Below, in pieces: positions 26,254 through 38,892 of a DNA stretch of 64,000 nt. The stretch's first letter is position 1; each line of letters opens with the position of its first letter. The notes below the pieces were generated by a model, which worked only from the letters and a program-made list of their open reading frames with translations, was not told the origin of the DNA and ran no database searches. Source of the stretch: Monocercomonoides exilis PA203 (lineage: Eukaryota; Protista; Preaxostyla); contig LSRY02000004.1 of the NCBI GenBank assembly GCA_001643675.2, forward strand, positions 1,922,001-1,986,000, written 5' to 3'. Position numbers and translations under genes: made by a program.

Positions 26254-26981
26254 TAATCACTAATGTGATTATATTTGAAATTATAACTTTTCTCTTTGTA
26301 TTCATTTTTTTAATGTTGTTTGTCACTTAGAAGAGTTTTGTCTTCAATATGTGAATTTATCACTATTGTTTAATAAACAAATCTTTTTGTAAAAATAAAG
26401 ATGTTGATGTTTTTAACAGGCCTTTTCACTCTTCAATTTTCTTTTGTTGATATTCAAGAAAAAATTTTGAACAGAAAATTTTGTGAGAAAAAATTTGATT
26501 TCAAAAATTATCTCGAACATGTAATGCCAAAAAATGTGAATCAGCAATATTGTTTTGCGCATACACATGCGCATAAAAAAAATTATTTTTTTAATATTTT
26601 CAATTAATAAAATTTTACAGAAAATTCAAATAAATATTAATTTGTCCAGCAAATATATAAATTTTGACAGTTCATATTTTTCATTAATTATTTTTTTCCC
26701 ATGTTATTAGTCATTGAGTTATATTTTTTTTTTATTCGTTTATTCTGATGAGATAGAAAATAAGTTTTTCCATAAGTATTTTTCGAACAAGATAAATTCA
26801 AAAAATTATTTGTTAAAATTTATGAAATTTCCAACAATGAAAATCCCTAACAAATATATATTTTACAGTTATACAAAACAAAAATAACAACAATAATAAA
26901 AAAAAAAATAAAAATGTAATATTATGTGTGCATTTCGAATGTTTTGAGATTTTCCAGAAAAAATTTAAGTGCAGTAATTAC

Positions 26982-28339
26982 TTAATATTCACAGCAAAAC
27001 TTTAAAATTCTTAAAGGCAGATTATATTGAAGATTCTGATTCCAATGTAACAAAAGGGTCATTATATCAGCTCCACCTTCTTCTTCAAACCATCCATATT
27101 TCATATTAAATCTCTGATTCATTTCATGTTCCAAAAAATCGAAATCTAATCGACGAATGGAATTTTCTATGAACAAACACAGTGCATTTAAAACTCTATT
27201 AAAATGAAAAAAAGGAAGGCGCGCAATTATGTAAGATAAAAGCTCTGGAGTGATAACACTTGGGAGAATATCCATCGGGCAATAAAAAGAGACAAGCCGA
27301 TAAATATTTGCAGCAGCTAAAGAGGCTTTATTTGGGATATCGCATCCAAAACACACGAGCAATTCCTCGAGAAAAGACTGGGAAATTGAATAATAAACAT
27401 ATTCACGATTATAACTTGAAACAATGTTGTATTGAAAGAACAAAAGCGCAGATTCAAGATATGCTGGGGATGACAAAGGAAGAAGCTGCCACAAGGGCCG
27501 AGGGCTTAATGAAATATGTTGTACATGTTGTTGTTTTGAGGTAAATTGATGTAACATTTTCCGAATCATTGATTGAATTGGATTTTGGTATTTAGGATTA
27601 ATTTTTAGATCAATGTCTGTTTTCAATTCCAATAACTGAGTTAGACATAAGCATGCAAGATGTTGTGCTTGTCCTGATTCAGTAAATATCAGATTCAGTA
27701 AAAATAATATTAATAGTGAAGTTTCATTTTCTGATAATTTTAGAGATCCTAAAACGTTCTTCTGTGAAAATGCAATCATTGAGTACAGTTGTATATCTTT
27801 ATTTTTGACGATTCCATTATCTTTAAAAAAGATAATTCGAAAATATCGCGCATCAGCTACATCTTTCAAATCTTCAATTATTGCCACTAATTTTAATGTC
27901 ATTATTGAATGAAGCGGTAAAGCATATTCTTTTACAGCTTCACTCAAAAATATTGATAATTCAGCTTCTCCAAAAATCTTGGTTAAAATATTTGATGACT
28001 TCACTAACGCTAAATTTGAATTTGTTAACGATACACTTCCTAAAATATTTAGGATTATTTCCTTTTCATCAGATGTTGAATAACCATATCTTTCCTTTAA
28101 ACGTTGTAACAACATTCTTGCTTCATCATCAAAGAAACAATGCAAACTTAATTTTGCAATCGATTGCACAATATCATTTAAATCTTCTTTGATAATTTCT
28201 ATTTATCAATCAAGCAAAGAGTATTTTTATGAGACATAAATACAAAGCAAAGAATCAAATTGTTTCCATATTTAAAATATAGAAAAAATACACTTTTGTA
28301 GCTTTCGTTTTTGATAAACTCTTTGGAAATGTTACTCAT
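26982..28339 (-). CDS. Hypothetical alpha-helical (ARM/HEAT-like) protein
   Basis: 395-codon Leu/Ile-rich ORF. A probable first exon from ATG 28339 is joined by a phase-1 GTGTAT..ATAG intron. C-terminal FEEEGGADIM motif. The fold is inferred. Confidence 0.6.
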
Positions 28340-28429
28340 GAAAATTTTCAAGGTTTTATTATTCAACCATGCAAATGAATATGGCTGAATGATCAAAATA
28401 GACTATCATAATTTCCATTTGCAGAATAC

Positions 28430-29022
28430 ATGGAGCAACATCAGATTGGAATAGGTGCACAAAGACAAAATGTAACAGAAAGAGCAAAAGAAACAGAGGA
28501 GCAATTTAGTCATTTTTATGGTCTTATTGAAAAAGAGAAAATGACCAAAGATAGGCCTGACGGCTTTTCAAAGAGTATTTATAATGTTGCATTTATTGCT
28601 GTACTAATAAAAATTTATAGTTCCATGTATAGGATCATACGACGAAGATACGGTCAAGGAAGGTCTTTTTGAGTTTGCTCAAGGAGTAAACCAGCAAGAT
28701 TTCGTATGAAATATGATTGAATTATTATATAAAGTCCCTTATCATTTTAATACATCTAGAGAGGATCCATGATTATTCCTATTCCTGATTCAACGATTAC
28801 ATTACCCCTTGAAGATGCAAACTTCAGCACAACTGGAGTTTGATTTTCATTTTTCTGTGAATTCAAAGCAAAGTTACGAAAAATTAAAAAATATTTTTTT
28901 CTTTTCATTTTTGATTTATTTAGGCGGAGATTGCACATGATTTAAGCTATTTACTTACGAAAATCGATCAATTTATCGATGAAAACAAATCTGAGGAATC
29001 GAAAATATCAAGACATCATTAG
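28430..29022 (+). CDS. Small spliced hypothetical protein (~134 aa, 4 exons)
   Basis: Exons 28430-28574, 28621-28703, 28760-28837, 28924-29022; three GT-AG introns keep one open frame to TAG. Confidence 0.6.
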
Positions 29023-29449
29023 CTACTTTTTCATCTTGGGGATTATATAAATATTTTTCTATTTTTTATTTAATTTATTAATTTTTTTAAAATGTTTTTT
29101 AAATAAGAAAATTTACGATATAAGATGGGCGAGTTTTCCTTTCACTTCGCCAATGTCAAATTTTAATGTTCATTTCATTTCTTTTCTTTATTTTCTTTTT
29201 TTTAAAAATGTTACGCATTTTTGTTGACATTTCTGATTTTGCTGAAAAACAATTGCCGTTTTAATGAAAGAATCCGCATATTTGCTTCAGATTTTTAATT
29301 TTTTTGAAAGAATTGAACAACAGACATTTTTGTGCAGTTGTTTTAAATGTTTATTATCAAAATGCGATATTCTCATCATGTGCAAAAATTCACATTTTCT
29401 TGGAAAAATTGCATACAGCTATGGTTCATGATCATCTTTAATCAACTTT

Positions 29450-29978
29450 ATGTCAAGTTCAGTCAGAGCAAGTCACATTCTAGTCAAACACAATCAATCA
29501 AGGAATGCTTTGATTTATGATTTTTATGATTGTTTATTATTATTACAGGAATCCTTCATCGTGGAGGGAGGCAAAAATAACAAGAACAAAAGAAGAAGCA
29601 GTGGAAATTCTCACAGGTTTACCAGATATATGTAACACACAGTTTCTTATATTTTATTTTACAACATCACTTACAGGATATTTGAATGATATTAAAAGTG
29701 GGAGAAAAGGATTTGGAGAAATTGCTCGTCAGTTTTCTGATTGTTCGTCTGCATCAAGAGATGGAGATTTAGGGCCTTTTACAAGAGGTCAAATGCAAAA
29801 ACCATTTGAAGATGCAGCGTTTGAATTTGATTTTTTAAATCAAAAATTGAGCTCATGGTTTAAATAATATTTTTCCATTTAATTTCTTCTTTTCTGTAGC
29901 TTTGCATTGAAAGTTGGCGAGATGAGTGGAATTGTTTCCACTGCTTCAGGAGTTCATATTATTCTTAGAACAGCATAA
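29450..29978 (+). CDS. PIN1: Pin1-type parvulin peptidyl-prolyl cis-trans isomerase without WW domain (113 aa, 4 exons)
   Basis: [83 protein letters not shown]. Exons 29450-29502, 29549-29616, 29677-29818, 29900-29978. Confidence 0.93.
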
Positions 29979-30164
29979 TCATTCCTCTTTTTTATTGTTA
30001 TTAAAAATTATCATACTAAAAGCTATTTTTTTCAAATAAACATGAACATGGAAATTTTTTATTATTTTTGTTTGTATGCAATGCATTGTCGAAAAATTAC
30101 AGAGGAAAAAAAAATATTATACACCCAAAGATTGGAATGGGACGAACAACTATTTTTTGGAATC

Positions 30165-32263
30165 ATGAACATTCCTTATGTTGAGATTCTTCAACTTGCA
30201 CTTCTCCCCGGGATAATTGTAGCTTTTTTTGGTTGGCTTTTGGGAACAACAGATGTAATTCTACCTCATCACATCGATGGATTAAACCGTTTTGCAATGA
30301 AAATTGCATTACCAATGGGAATATTTAACGTTATCTACAAGTTTGCTTTCTTTTTCTCTCGGCCTTAACTGTATAGTTAGGCAAACACTTGAAGGATCTG
30401 ATTTATTGTTTATCCTTCCGAGTATTGCCCACAAATTTGTTATGTTTTTTGTTTGCGCAATTCCGATGCTCTTTATGAAATCTTTTACGCTTGAACTATA
30501 TGTCATGTTGCAGTTAAATGCAAATTACAGCAACAATATTATTTACGGAACGTTTGCACCTTATTTAACATAACTATATTATTATTTTCGTTAGAGCATT
30601 TTTAATGAGTGTTTTTCCAAATTGTAAAATGGATCTTTTGTGCGTGCTATCTGCAATTCCAGATTCATTGATAGTGTTGCCGTTCTCTCTCTTTCTTCTT
30701 GAATATGAAAAGCTTCGTAGACAATGGATGCGCGATCCATCTCACAGTGGAAAGCCAATGTCACGTCGTCAAGTCTTTTCTCTCATTCCTTACTTGATTT
30801 ATCGAGTGGTCACTAATCCAATTATTTGGGGGATGCTTCTTGGGGTTATCTTTAGTGCTGTAAGTTTGGAGAACATTTGATTTTGTATAACATAATTCTT
30901 GAAATAATATTTTTTCTCAGAAATCCCACTTCCATTATTCATACAGACATCATTAAACCATCTTGGAAACTGCAACTATGGAGTGTCAATGTTCAACGTT
31001 GGATTATTTCTGTATGACATCATATAGATTCATTCATTACATTGAAACAAAAAAATTTTGGAAATATATTTATATTTATTTTTCATTATTAACAGAGCAC
31101 ATGCCCATGGATTGAAGATTAACTGGTCTAGCGTGTGGAAGTCAATTAAAAATAAATGCGGTAAAGGAGTTAAAGTGGAAGACAACCAGCAATCAGAAAA
31201 AAATGAAATTGAAATGACGGATTCATTTATCACAAAGCCTGATGTCAATGATCTTAATCAAGGCCCGGAATTAATTGACGTGAATGAGTTAAATACAGAA
31301 CACTCCACTTCAGGAGATCTCACAACATATGAGAGTGAGGAAGATATCAAGCAGGAGAAAATCAAGAACCAGAATATATTTTCAGGTTCCTACGAAGATT
31401 TCAAACAAAAGGAATCAGAATCAGATGAACAAAAAATAAGGATGAATTCAAAGAAGTCTGTTAGTCAGATTGTTATTGACATGGAGAGAAATAACGATGA
31501 TTCCAGCACGCCAAGTTCGAGTTCTTCTGACAGCGGTATTTTGTCGTCTTCTTCAATCAGTGCCCATTCAGAGGCCGAATCTGTGACGATTGCTCGACGC
31601 GATCCGAAATCGATCCCAGTCATGGCATCTTCTTCTGGCTGCACTTCACACTCGACTCAGCACACACAAACACTTTCACCTTCGCCTTCACAGACGCCAT
31701 CATTCTCACCATCGCTATCACTCTCACCATCACTTTCACCCGCACAATCTCCTGCCTCGTGCATATCCTCCTCAACCACAACAGAACTTCTCCCACAATC
31801 TGCTTCATCAGGCTCTGATTCATCGAATCTTTCCTCTCCTGTTTCCACTGACCCACAAAGTTGCAAATACCCACCAGACAAGCAAGCTACCTCTCAGTCA
31901 TCTCCTCCGGTTGATTCAGATGAGAATGATGACGACAGCAATACGAGACTCCATCCGCTTCGTGTTGTTGCCTTTTCAATAATGAGATTTATTATTTCTC
32001 CATTATGTATGCTTGCAGTGACTTCACTCTTTTCACTTCACTCTCCAACCACAAATGCTTCAATTTTGCCTCCTCCATATCTTAATGCTTCAGTTCTTAT
32101 AGCTTCATTCCCTCTTGCCCTTATTGCATTTTCACTTTCAAAAGAGTATAATTTTTGTTCAATTGATGCTGTAGTTTCAATTGTTCTACAATCTTTTATT
32201 TTCACTTTTCCCGTGTTTATAATTTGGGTCTTAATTCTTCAATATATATTTCCAATAGTTTAA
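30165..32263 (+). CDS. Auxin efflux carrier (AEC/PIN-like, Mem_trans) family transporter, ~624 aa, 5 exons
   Basis: GLNRFAMKIALP, SNNIIYG, TNPIIWG, GVSMFNVGLF, RFIISP and FPLALIAFSLSKEYN match PIN/AEC motifs. Introns 30341-30380, 30552-30594, 30864-30920, 31012-31095. Confidence 0.85.
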
Positions 32264-32374
32264 TTTTTGTGTTTTATCCATTCATCATTTCAAAAATTCA
32301 TATTTTTCTTTCGCCAACGATCTAAATTGTTATTTGTATTTATATTAAATGATTAGCTTTTTAAAAAAATTTGA

Positions 32375-35300
32375 ATGAACGCAGGTGATAATTCAAACAA
32401 AAATCATGATTCGATTGCTACAGAAGAATTGGGAGAAGCATTTGATGGAGAAGAATCTGGAGAATCATCAGAAGAAGAGGAAACAGTTCAAATTCCTAAA
32501 GAGATTTCCCTGCAACAAAAACCTCACACCGTTAAAAAACGAAGAAAAAAGAATGCAATTTATGTAAACTTAACATGTTTGAAAACAATAAAATTTCCGA
32601 AAAAATAATATTGATGAAAATACGAAAAAAATTTATTTAGGCTGTAAATACTCCGTTCTTCGTAAAGTTGTGAGAGAATTACAATGGATAGAAACAGAAG
32701 ACGAGAAAGATTGGAATTTATTTTGGATTGATACTTCTGTTTGCGCAGAACGCTTGAAACGAATGAAAAGTTATCAAGTTTGAATTTCTCTGTTTCTACC
32801 GGTAATTTCTTCAAAAAATTTTCTTTGCTTGAATTTACAACCCATTGCCTATTATGCTAAAATCAGAAAATCAATCATTTCCCAGGAATGAGTGAGATAA
32901 CAAGAAAAGATAGTCTTGGACGAAACATTAATCGTCTGAAAAAAATGTTTCCTGATGAGTTCAAATTTATTCCAAATACTTGGGTTTTACCACACGAGTT
33001 TGTTCATATTTTTTTTTATTTTATGAATAATTATTCTTTATCAAAAATTCGAAAATTACATAATGATATTGATACTTTGTCGATATTCTAAAAATCCAAA
33101 AATTCATTCAGTTATGGTGAACTTCAGCACTATTGCTCCACTCACAAAAACAGAAAAACGCTGATTGTGAAGCCAGATGCAAGCTGTCAGGGAAGAGGGA
33201 TATTTCTTACGCGCGATCCGTCCTCGTTGTCTCTGAGAGATGATTTTGTGGTGCAGAGTTACATCACAAAGCCTCATCTTATCAATGGGTATAAGTACGA
33301 CCTGCGGGTGTATGTGCTTGTGGCGTCGTGCAACCCGCTGCGGGTGTATCTGCACAAGTTGGGGATTGTGCGGTTTGCGACGGAGAAGTACCAGCGCCCG
33401 ACGTCAGACAACATTTCATGCTCGTTCATGCACCTGACAAACTACGCTGTCAACAAGCGGAACAAGTCGTTTGTGTTCAACAAGGACGCCGAGAAGGCTG
33501 GGGAAGGGAGCAAGTGGAGCCACGAGGCGTATGCGAAGTACATGGAGGAGGTGGAGAAAGTGGATGTGGCGCAGCTGTGGCGGGAGATAGGCGACTGTGT
33601 GGTGAAGACGATCATCCCCATTCAGACCATCCTCGCACACACATACCGCCTCTGCACTCCCGACGACGCAATCACGCGGCGGAGCTCGATGTGCTTTGAG
33701 GTGCTTGGCTTTGATGTGATACTGGACAGCAAGTTCCACCCGCACATTCTCGAAGTCAACCACTCTCCCTCATTCACGACAGACACGCCACTCGACTACG
33801 AGGTGAAGCACAGCGTCATCCACGACACGATCATCATGATGAACATCAACAACGCTGACAAACACCTCTTCAAGCGCATCGAGAAGCAGAAGCACCTCTC
33901 CCGCATTCTCAAGCCGCTCCAGCAGAAACCAGCGTCAGCTGCGTTGGGATCAGTTTCCTCGTCTTTCTCATCATCATCATCATCATCATCATCTTCTTCT
34001 TCTTCTTCGTCTTCGTCGCAGATGAATTCCCTCCGACGCCCAACATCTGCATCTGCACGAGGGCCGTCAAGGGGAAATGTCACAGGAAAATCCTCCATTT
34101 CAGCAGGATCAACTGCAAACTTCGGCACTTCAAGCGAAAACAAAGCAGCAATCCATCTTCATTCTCAGTCGCGACCACAGCCGCGCTCAAAAACACCAAC
34201 AGCTCCCGTGTCAACAGGAACAACAACAACATCATCATCTTCCTCATTAGCAGCACAGCTGAATGCGTTTTCTGTTTCCACCACAAAAAAGTCCCGTGTG
34301 CGCAAGCCTCCTCCAGTGACAGCAGCCGAGTGGGAGGCAGCGCATCTGAATGGCTTTGTGCTGATCCACCCGACGCCGCAGACAGAAGGCTATGAGAAGT
34401 ACATTCTGTCTCCTGAGCAGCTCTTTGCCGCAGACACTGTGTCGTCGCGTGTACGGAGGGAGCAGACGATGAAGTGGACGGAGCAGAGAGAGAAGGAGAA
34501 AGAGGGGCTCAGCTGGAAGAGGCCGAAGTCAAGCACTGCAGCAGCAGCAGCAGGAGCAGGAGCAGGGGCGAATGCTAATTCTTTGAGATCATCATCGTCA
34601 ACTTCTTCTTCTTCTTCTTCTGCAGCTGATCGATTCACCAAAAAGGACTTTCTGAAAGTCAAAGACCAGCCAAAAACTGCACTTTCTCCAGGCACATCCG
34701 CAGCTCCATCTCCAACCCCTTCTCCATTCAAACCATCAAGTACATCTGAATCTCAATCATCATCATCATCATCTTCATCTTCATCATCTACATACACCGC
34801 CTCATTCCGCTCTCGCTATCCGTTTCCCCTCGAACCTCCCATCTTCTCCTCCGCTGCCTCTCCTCTGCCTTCTTCAATCAGCGCACACTCGCTGAACCGG
34901 TTCGATCCATCTTCTTCTTCTTCTTCCTCAGCTTCTTCTTCTTCTTCCGCCTCGCATGTTGCTCCGTCGAATTGGGATGTGCCCATCCACCCGCTCATCG
35001 CCTCCTCCACATCAATGCTTTTTGCATCGTCTCATACTCCACTCATTTCAAATCAGTCTTCACAGCCATCGTCGTCATCTTCTTCTTATTCTGCTTCTTC
35101 TCCCAGGGCAATTCCCCAAACACAGACAAGAACAGCCACCACTGCTACCATCACATCCACCCACTCCATTCTTCCCTCTCCCTCTCCTTACCTTCCTCTT
35201 TCCGCCCATCCGCCCACTTCTGGTTACATCGATCTCATTCCTGTGCCTGCTGCCTTTTTCGCTGCGTTCTCGTCGCTCGCTGCCATTCCAGCTGCAAAAG

Positions 35301-38300
35301 TCGACCCAGCTGCAGAGGCGCAGAGGAGGCGGCAGATGAAGGAGAGGGAAGACTACGTGGTGGCGTGTGGGTTTCCGCAGTATGCATATCAGCTGGTGAA
35401 GAGAATAAAAGAAGGTGGAGGAGGAAGAGGAGGAGGAGGAGTGGGAGGAGGAGGAGGAGGAGGAGGAGTGGGAGGAGGAGGAGGAGGAGGGGCAGTGAGG
35501 CAGGGGGTGAGTGGAGGGGATAGAAATGGCAGTGAGAATTCAAATAGAAACAAGGTGGAGAATGAAACAAAATACGAAGTGAAACAAGACTCTTCTGATG
35601 GAATGGAATTCAGATCACAAGAAACTCAATTGTCTCATTCTGGATATGGAGCAGTAGATGCTAATCAGCAAATGACAATAGACAATGCAAATGACAAATG
35701 GAAAGCAAAAATCGAAGATGCAGCAACAAACAAGGAAAATAAAGAGAACGAAGAAGAAGCTGAAGAGGAAGAGGAAGAAGAAGGAGAAGTGGCAGAAGAG
35801 CAATCTTCAAAATTCAAAGAAAAAGATTTCATTGAAGCCAACAACAAAATGAATGTTACACTGAACAGATCGAACTCTCGAGTTGCCTGGGAAGATGAAG
35901 GGAATGGTGTTAAAAGTACAGAAATTAGTGATATGCATAAAAGAAAAGGAGGAGGAGGAGGAGGAGGAGGAGAAGAAGAAGAAGAAGAAGAAGAAACTGA
36001 GGCAAATGTGTTTGACGAAAGAAGAGGAAGTAGAATAGAAGAAGGGAAAAGCAGATCAAGCACTTCTTCCACTCTGACATGGAATAAAGAAGAACATGAA
36101 GCTGATGCTAAAATGACTCTGAATCAAGATGATGACACGATTTTTGAAAGATCTGCTTCCAAACCTCAGACTCCATTACCATCTTCATCAGTCGCTTCTT
36201 TTGCCCCGCCAAGTTCAACAGCAGCGCCGAGAGTAACTGTGCCCCCTTCCACTTCACATTCAGCTCATCCATCCATTTCATCAACAATATCATCGTCATT
36301 GACAGCAGCAACACCGACACTGACAACTTCTTCTTTTTCTCCTTCTTCTTCTCCATCGCCTAATTCCATTTCATCTCCACTTCCGCCCACACAAACATCG
36401 CCTGCCTCTTCATCTCCACTGAAATCTCCTCTTCCATCTGCTCCTCGCCTTTCCTTCCCACTTCGCTATCCTCTTCCTGACCGAAGCATCCAGTTTGATT
36501 CACATTCTTCCAATTCTTCCAATTCTTCTCATCCTTTCCTTTCTCTCACTTCCCCCACTCTCTCATCCCTCAGATCCCACCAGTTCTCTGTTGCCCCGCT
36601 TTTATCGCCTTCTTCTTCTACTTCTTCTTCTTCTTCCTCTTCTACAACTACTTCTCCTTCTTCACAGGCACCTTCTTCCACACCCAGAGCTGTTTTGTCT
36701 CCCATCAGCACTCCCTTCCTCTCTGGCTCCTTTTCTGCTCGCTATTCACCACGAAGTCCCCGCTCCCCGACTGCTCTTTCGTCACTGCCCACATCTTCTC
36801 TCCCTTTCACAGCACATTCATCATCATCATCAACTTCTTCTTCCTCCTCTTCTTCCTCTTCTTCTTCTGTGTTGATGGATACACTTCCAGATACCCCCCT
36901 CTCGCCATATGCCTCAATGCCGGCTTTTGCGCTGACGCCGTCGCTTGTCTCGACAGCTGACATGGCCAGCAGACTGCAGAAGAGAGGCGCCGGAAAAACG
37001 GAGAAATTGAGGGAGGACGGGGCAGTGACTGAGAGGGTGTATGGGAAAGGGTCGATGCAGAGGCAGAGATTGGAAATGAAACAGGAGAAGAATGGAAGAG
37101 AATCAGCAGAAGCACGAAATGGCATTGGGAAAAGAAGTTTCGGAGGAGAAGGCGAAGGAGAAAGAGATGGAGGCAGGGGAGAAGAAAGGGAGAAGGTGAA
37201 TGTTATTGATTTTGACGAAGAAAACGACAGAATTGAGAGAAGAGCAAACGATGTAATGATTGAAGGAAAGCACAACCATTCGCTTTCGGCAGGAGAAGTC
37301 GATGAATTCACAGATGATTTGTGTATCACAGAAAGAACAGAAAGGTCAATTGACAGGAAAACTGACATGAATAATTCAACAACTCCTTTTGATACACACA
37401 ATGTGACAACAGAAACTAAGAACACGAGAAAGCAGAAACAATCGCTGAAGTCTCAGCTCATGTCACACATCACCATTTCTCAGTATTCTCTGAGCAATCC
37501 TCAGAAAAACGGAAGAACAGACAACAACAACAACAGCAGAGGAGGAGGAGGAGGAGGAACAGCTGATGCAAAGCCACAGATTCCGAAGTTGTATGCGCCT
37601 TCGTCTGCGATTGAGCAGTCGGTGCTGGATTCTGTCATGCCAGCAGCATCATCAGCTTCTTCTTCCTCTGCTTCTGCAACTGCACCTCCTCCTCCTCCTT
37701 CTTCCTCCTCGTCTTCTCCTTTTCTTTCCTCTTCCACTTCATCATCATCACCATCACCATCATCCTCTTTTTATCCTTCTTCTCAATCGCCTACCCTCTT
37801 TGCATCGCCAAACACTTCGCCACGCCACTCTGCCCGCCCGTCGCTTATCATTTCATCTGCCCATTTTCCGTTGGATGTGCCGTCTGCCTCATTCACTTCG
37901 CGAACACTTTCTCCTTCTCCTTCTCTTTCCTTATCTTCTGCCTCGTCTCGCCCCACTTCTGCTACTTCTTCTTCTTCATCTTCATCATCTTCTTCTTTGT
38001 CTCCTGGTATCGCCTCTTCATTTCGTCCGCTTTCCTCTCAACTTAGCAGCCGTTCATACAAATCATCATCATCATCTTCTTCTTCTTCTTCCGTTCGCTC
38101 ATCTTTCTCATCCCACCATCAACCACAAACATTCACGCAATCCCATTCACGTGTTTCATTTCTGCAGTCTTCTTCTTCTTCTTCTTCTTCTCCCTCTTCT
38201 TCTTTTCAGTCAAGAGATCAGCAGATGGCTAATAAGCCTCTTTCAAACAAATCCAAAGACTCAATTTTTGCTCCGCCGTCTCGAAAAACCCCTCCTCTCA

Positions 38301-38509
38301 TCGCAAACAAGGCAAAGAACGCTGCCACAGGAGATCTTCATCATTCCACACCATCCTCATTTTTGCCATTGCAACACAGTCAGAAAACAGCTTCTGGTTC
38401 AACTTCTGCTTTTGCAGCTTCTTCAAGGTCTAATCATCTTTCTCCTCCTTCAATTCATTCAGCGACTCAATCTCTTTCTTCTATGCCTTCACATATCGGT
38501 GGTCGATGA
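32375..38509 (+). CDS. TTLL6: Tubulin polyglutamylase TTLL6/7/13-like with a very long Ser-rich disordered tail (~1,955 aa)
   Basis: CKYSV..WNLFWID..YQKINHFPGMSEITRKDSL..PNTWVLP..IVKPDASCQGRGI..KYDLRVY..MHLTNYAVNK..CFEVLGFDV..LEVNHSPSFTTDTPLD. Introns 32577-32640, 32778-32866, 32998-33111. The paralog assignment is approximate. Confidence 0.85.
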
Positions 38510-38826
38510 GTTGATAGCATCTTTTGTTTTTTTCAAAAACGTAATTTGTTTGCAATGACTTATGACATCGAAGAAGTCTGTTGTTTACAAGTAGTTTTTT
38601 TCAATTTTTGATTTAATATTTTAAAATTATCTTGTATCATCATTAAAATATTGATAATTTTTTTGTGCTTGATTTTTTTTTTTATTTTCGCTTTTACCAC
38701 AATGCGTTCAGTTTTGTTCATATGCATATCTGAGTATTTATGTAACATTTCATTTTTTTCTCCCAAGAATATCATCTATATCAGCAATTTCTTCAGATTC
38801 TTCTTCTTCAATTTCATTTTCCTCTG

Positions 38827-38888
38827 CTTCATTTTCATTTTCATTTTCATTTTCATTTTCATTTTCATTTTCATTTTCATCATTTTCA
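38827..38888. repeat. (TTTTCA)n hexanucleotide microsatellite
   Basis: Directly visible. Confidence 0.9.
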
Positions 38889-38892
38889 ATGA

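Noticed and set aside
28563-28620. Possible GC-AG intron in the 28430 gene
   Set aside because: A canonical GT donor at 28575 gives the same phase.
1-38509. Functional clustering: ciliary genes (PPP1R42, DYNC2H1, TTLL6), and tRNA genes next to a tRNA methyltransferase-like gene
   Set aside because: They are interspersed with unrelated genes and ciliary genes are common in flagellates; chance cannot be excluded.
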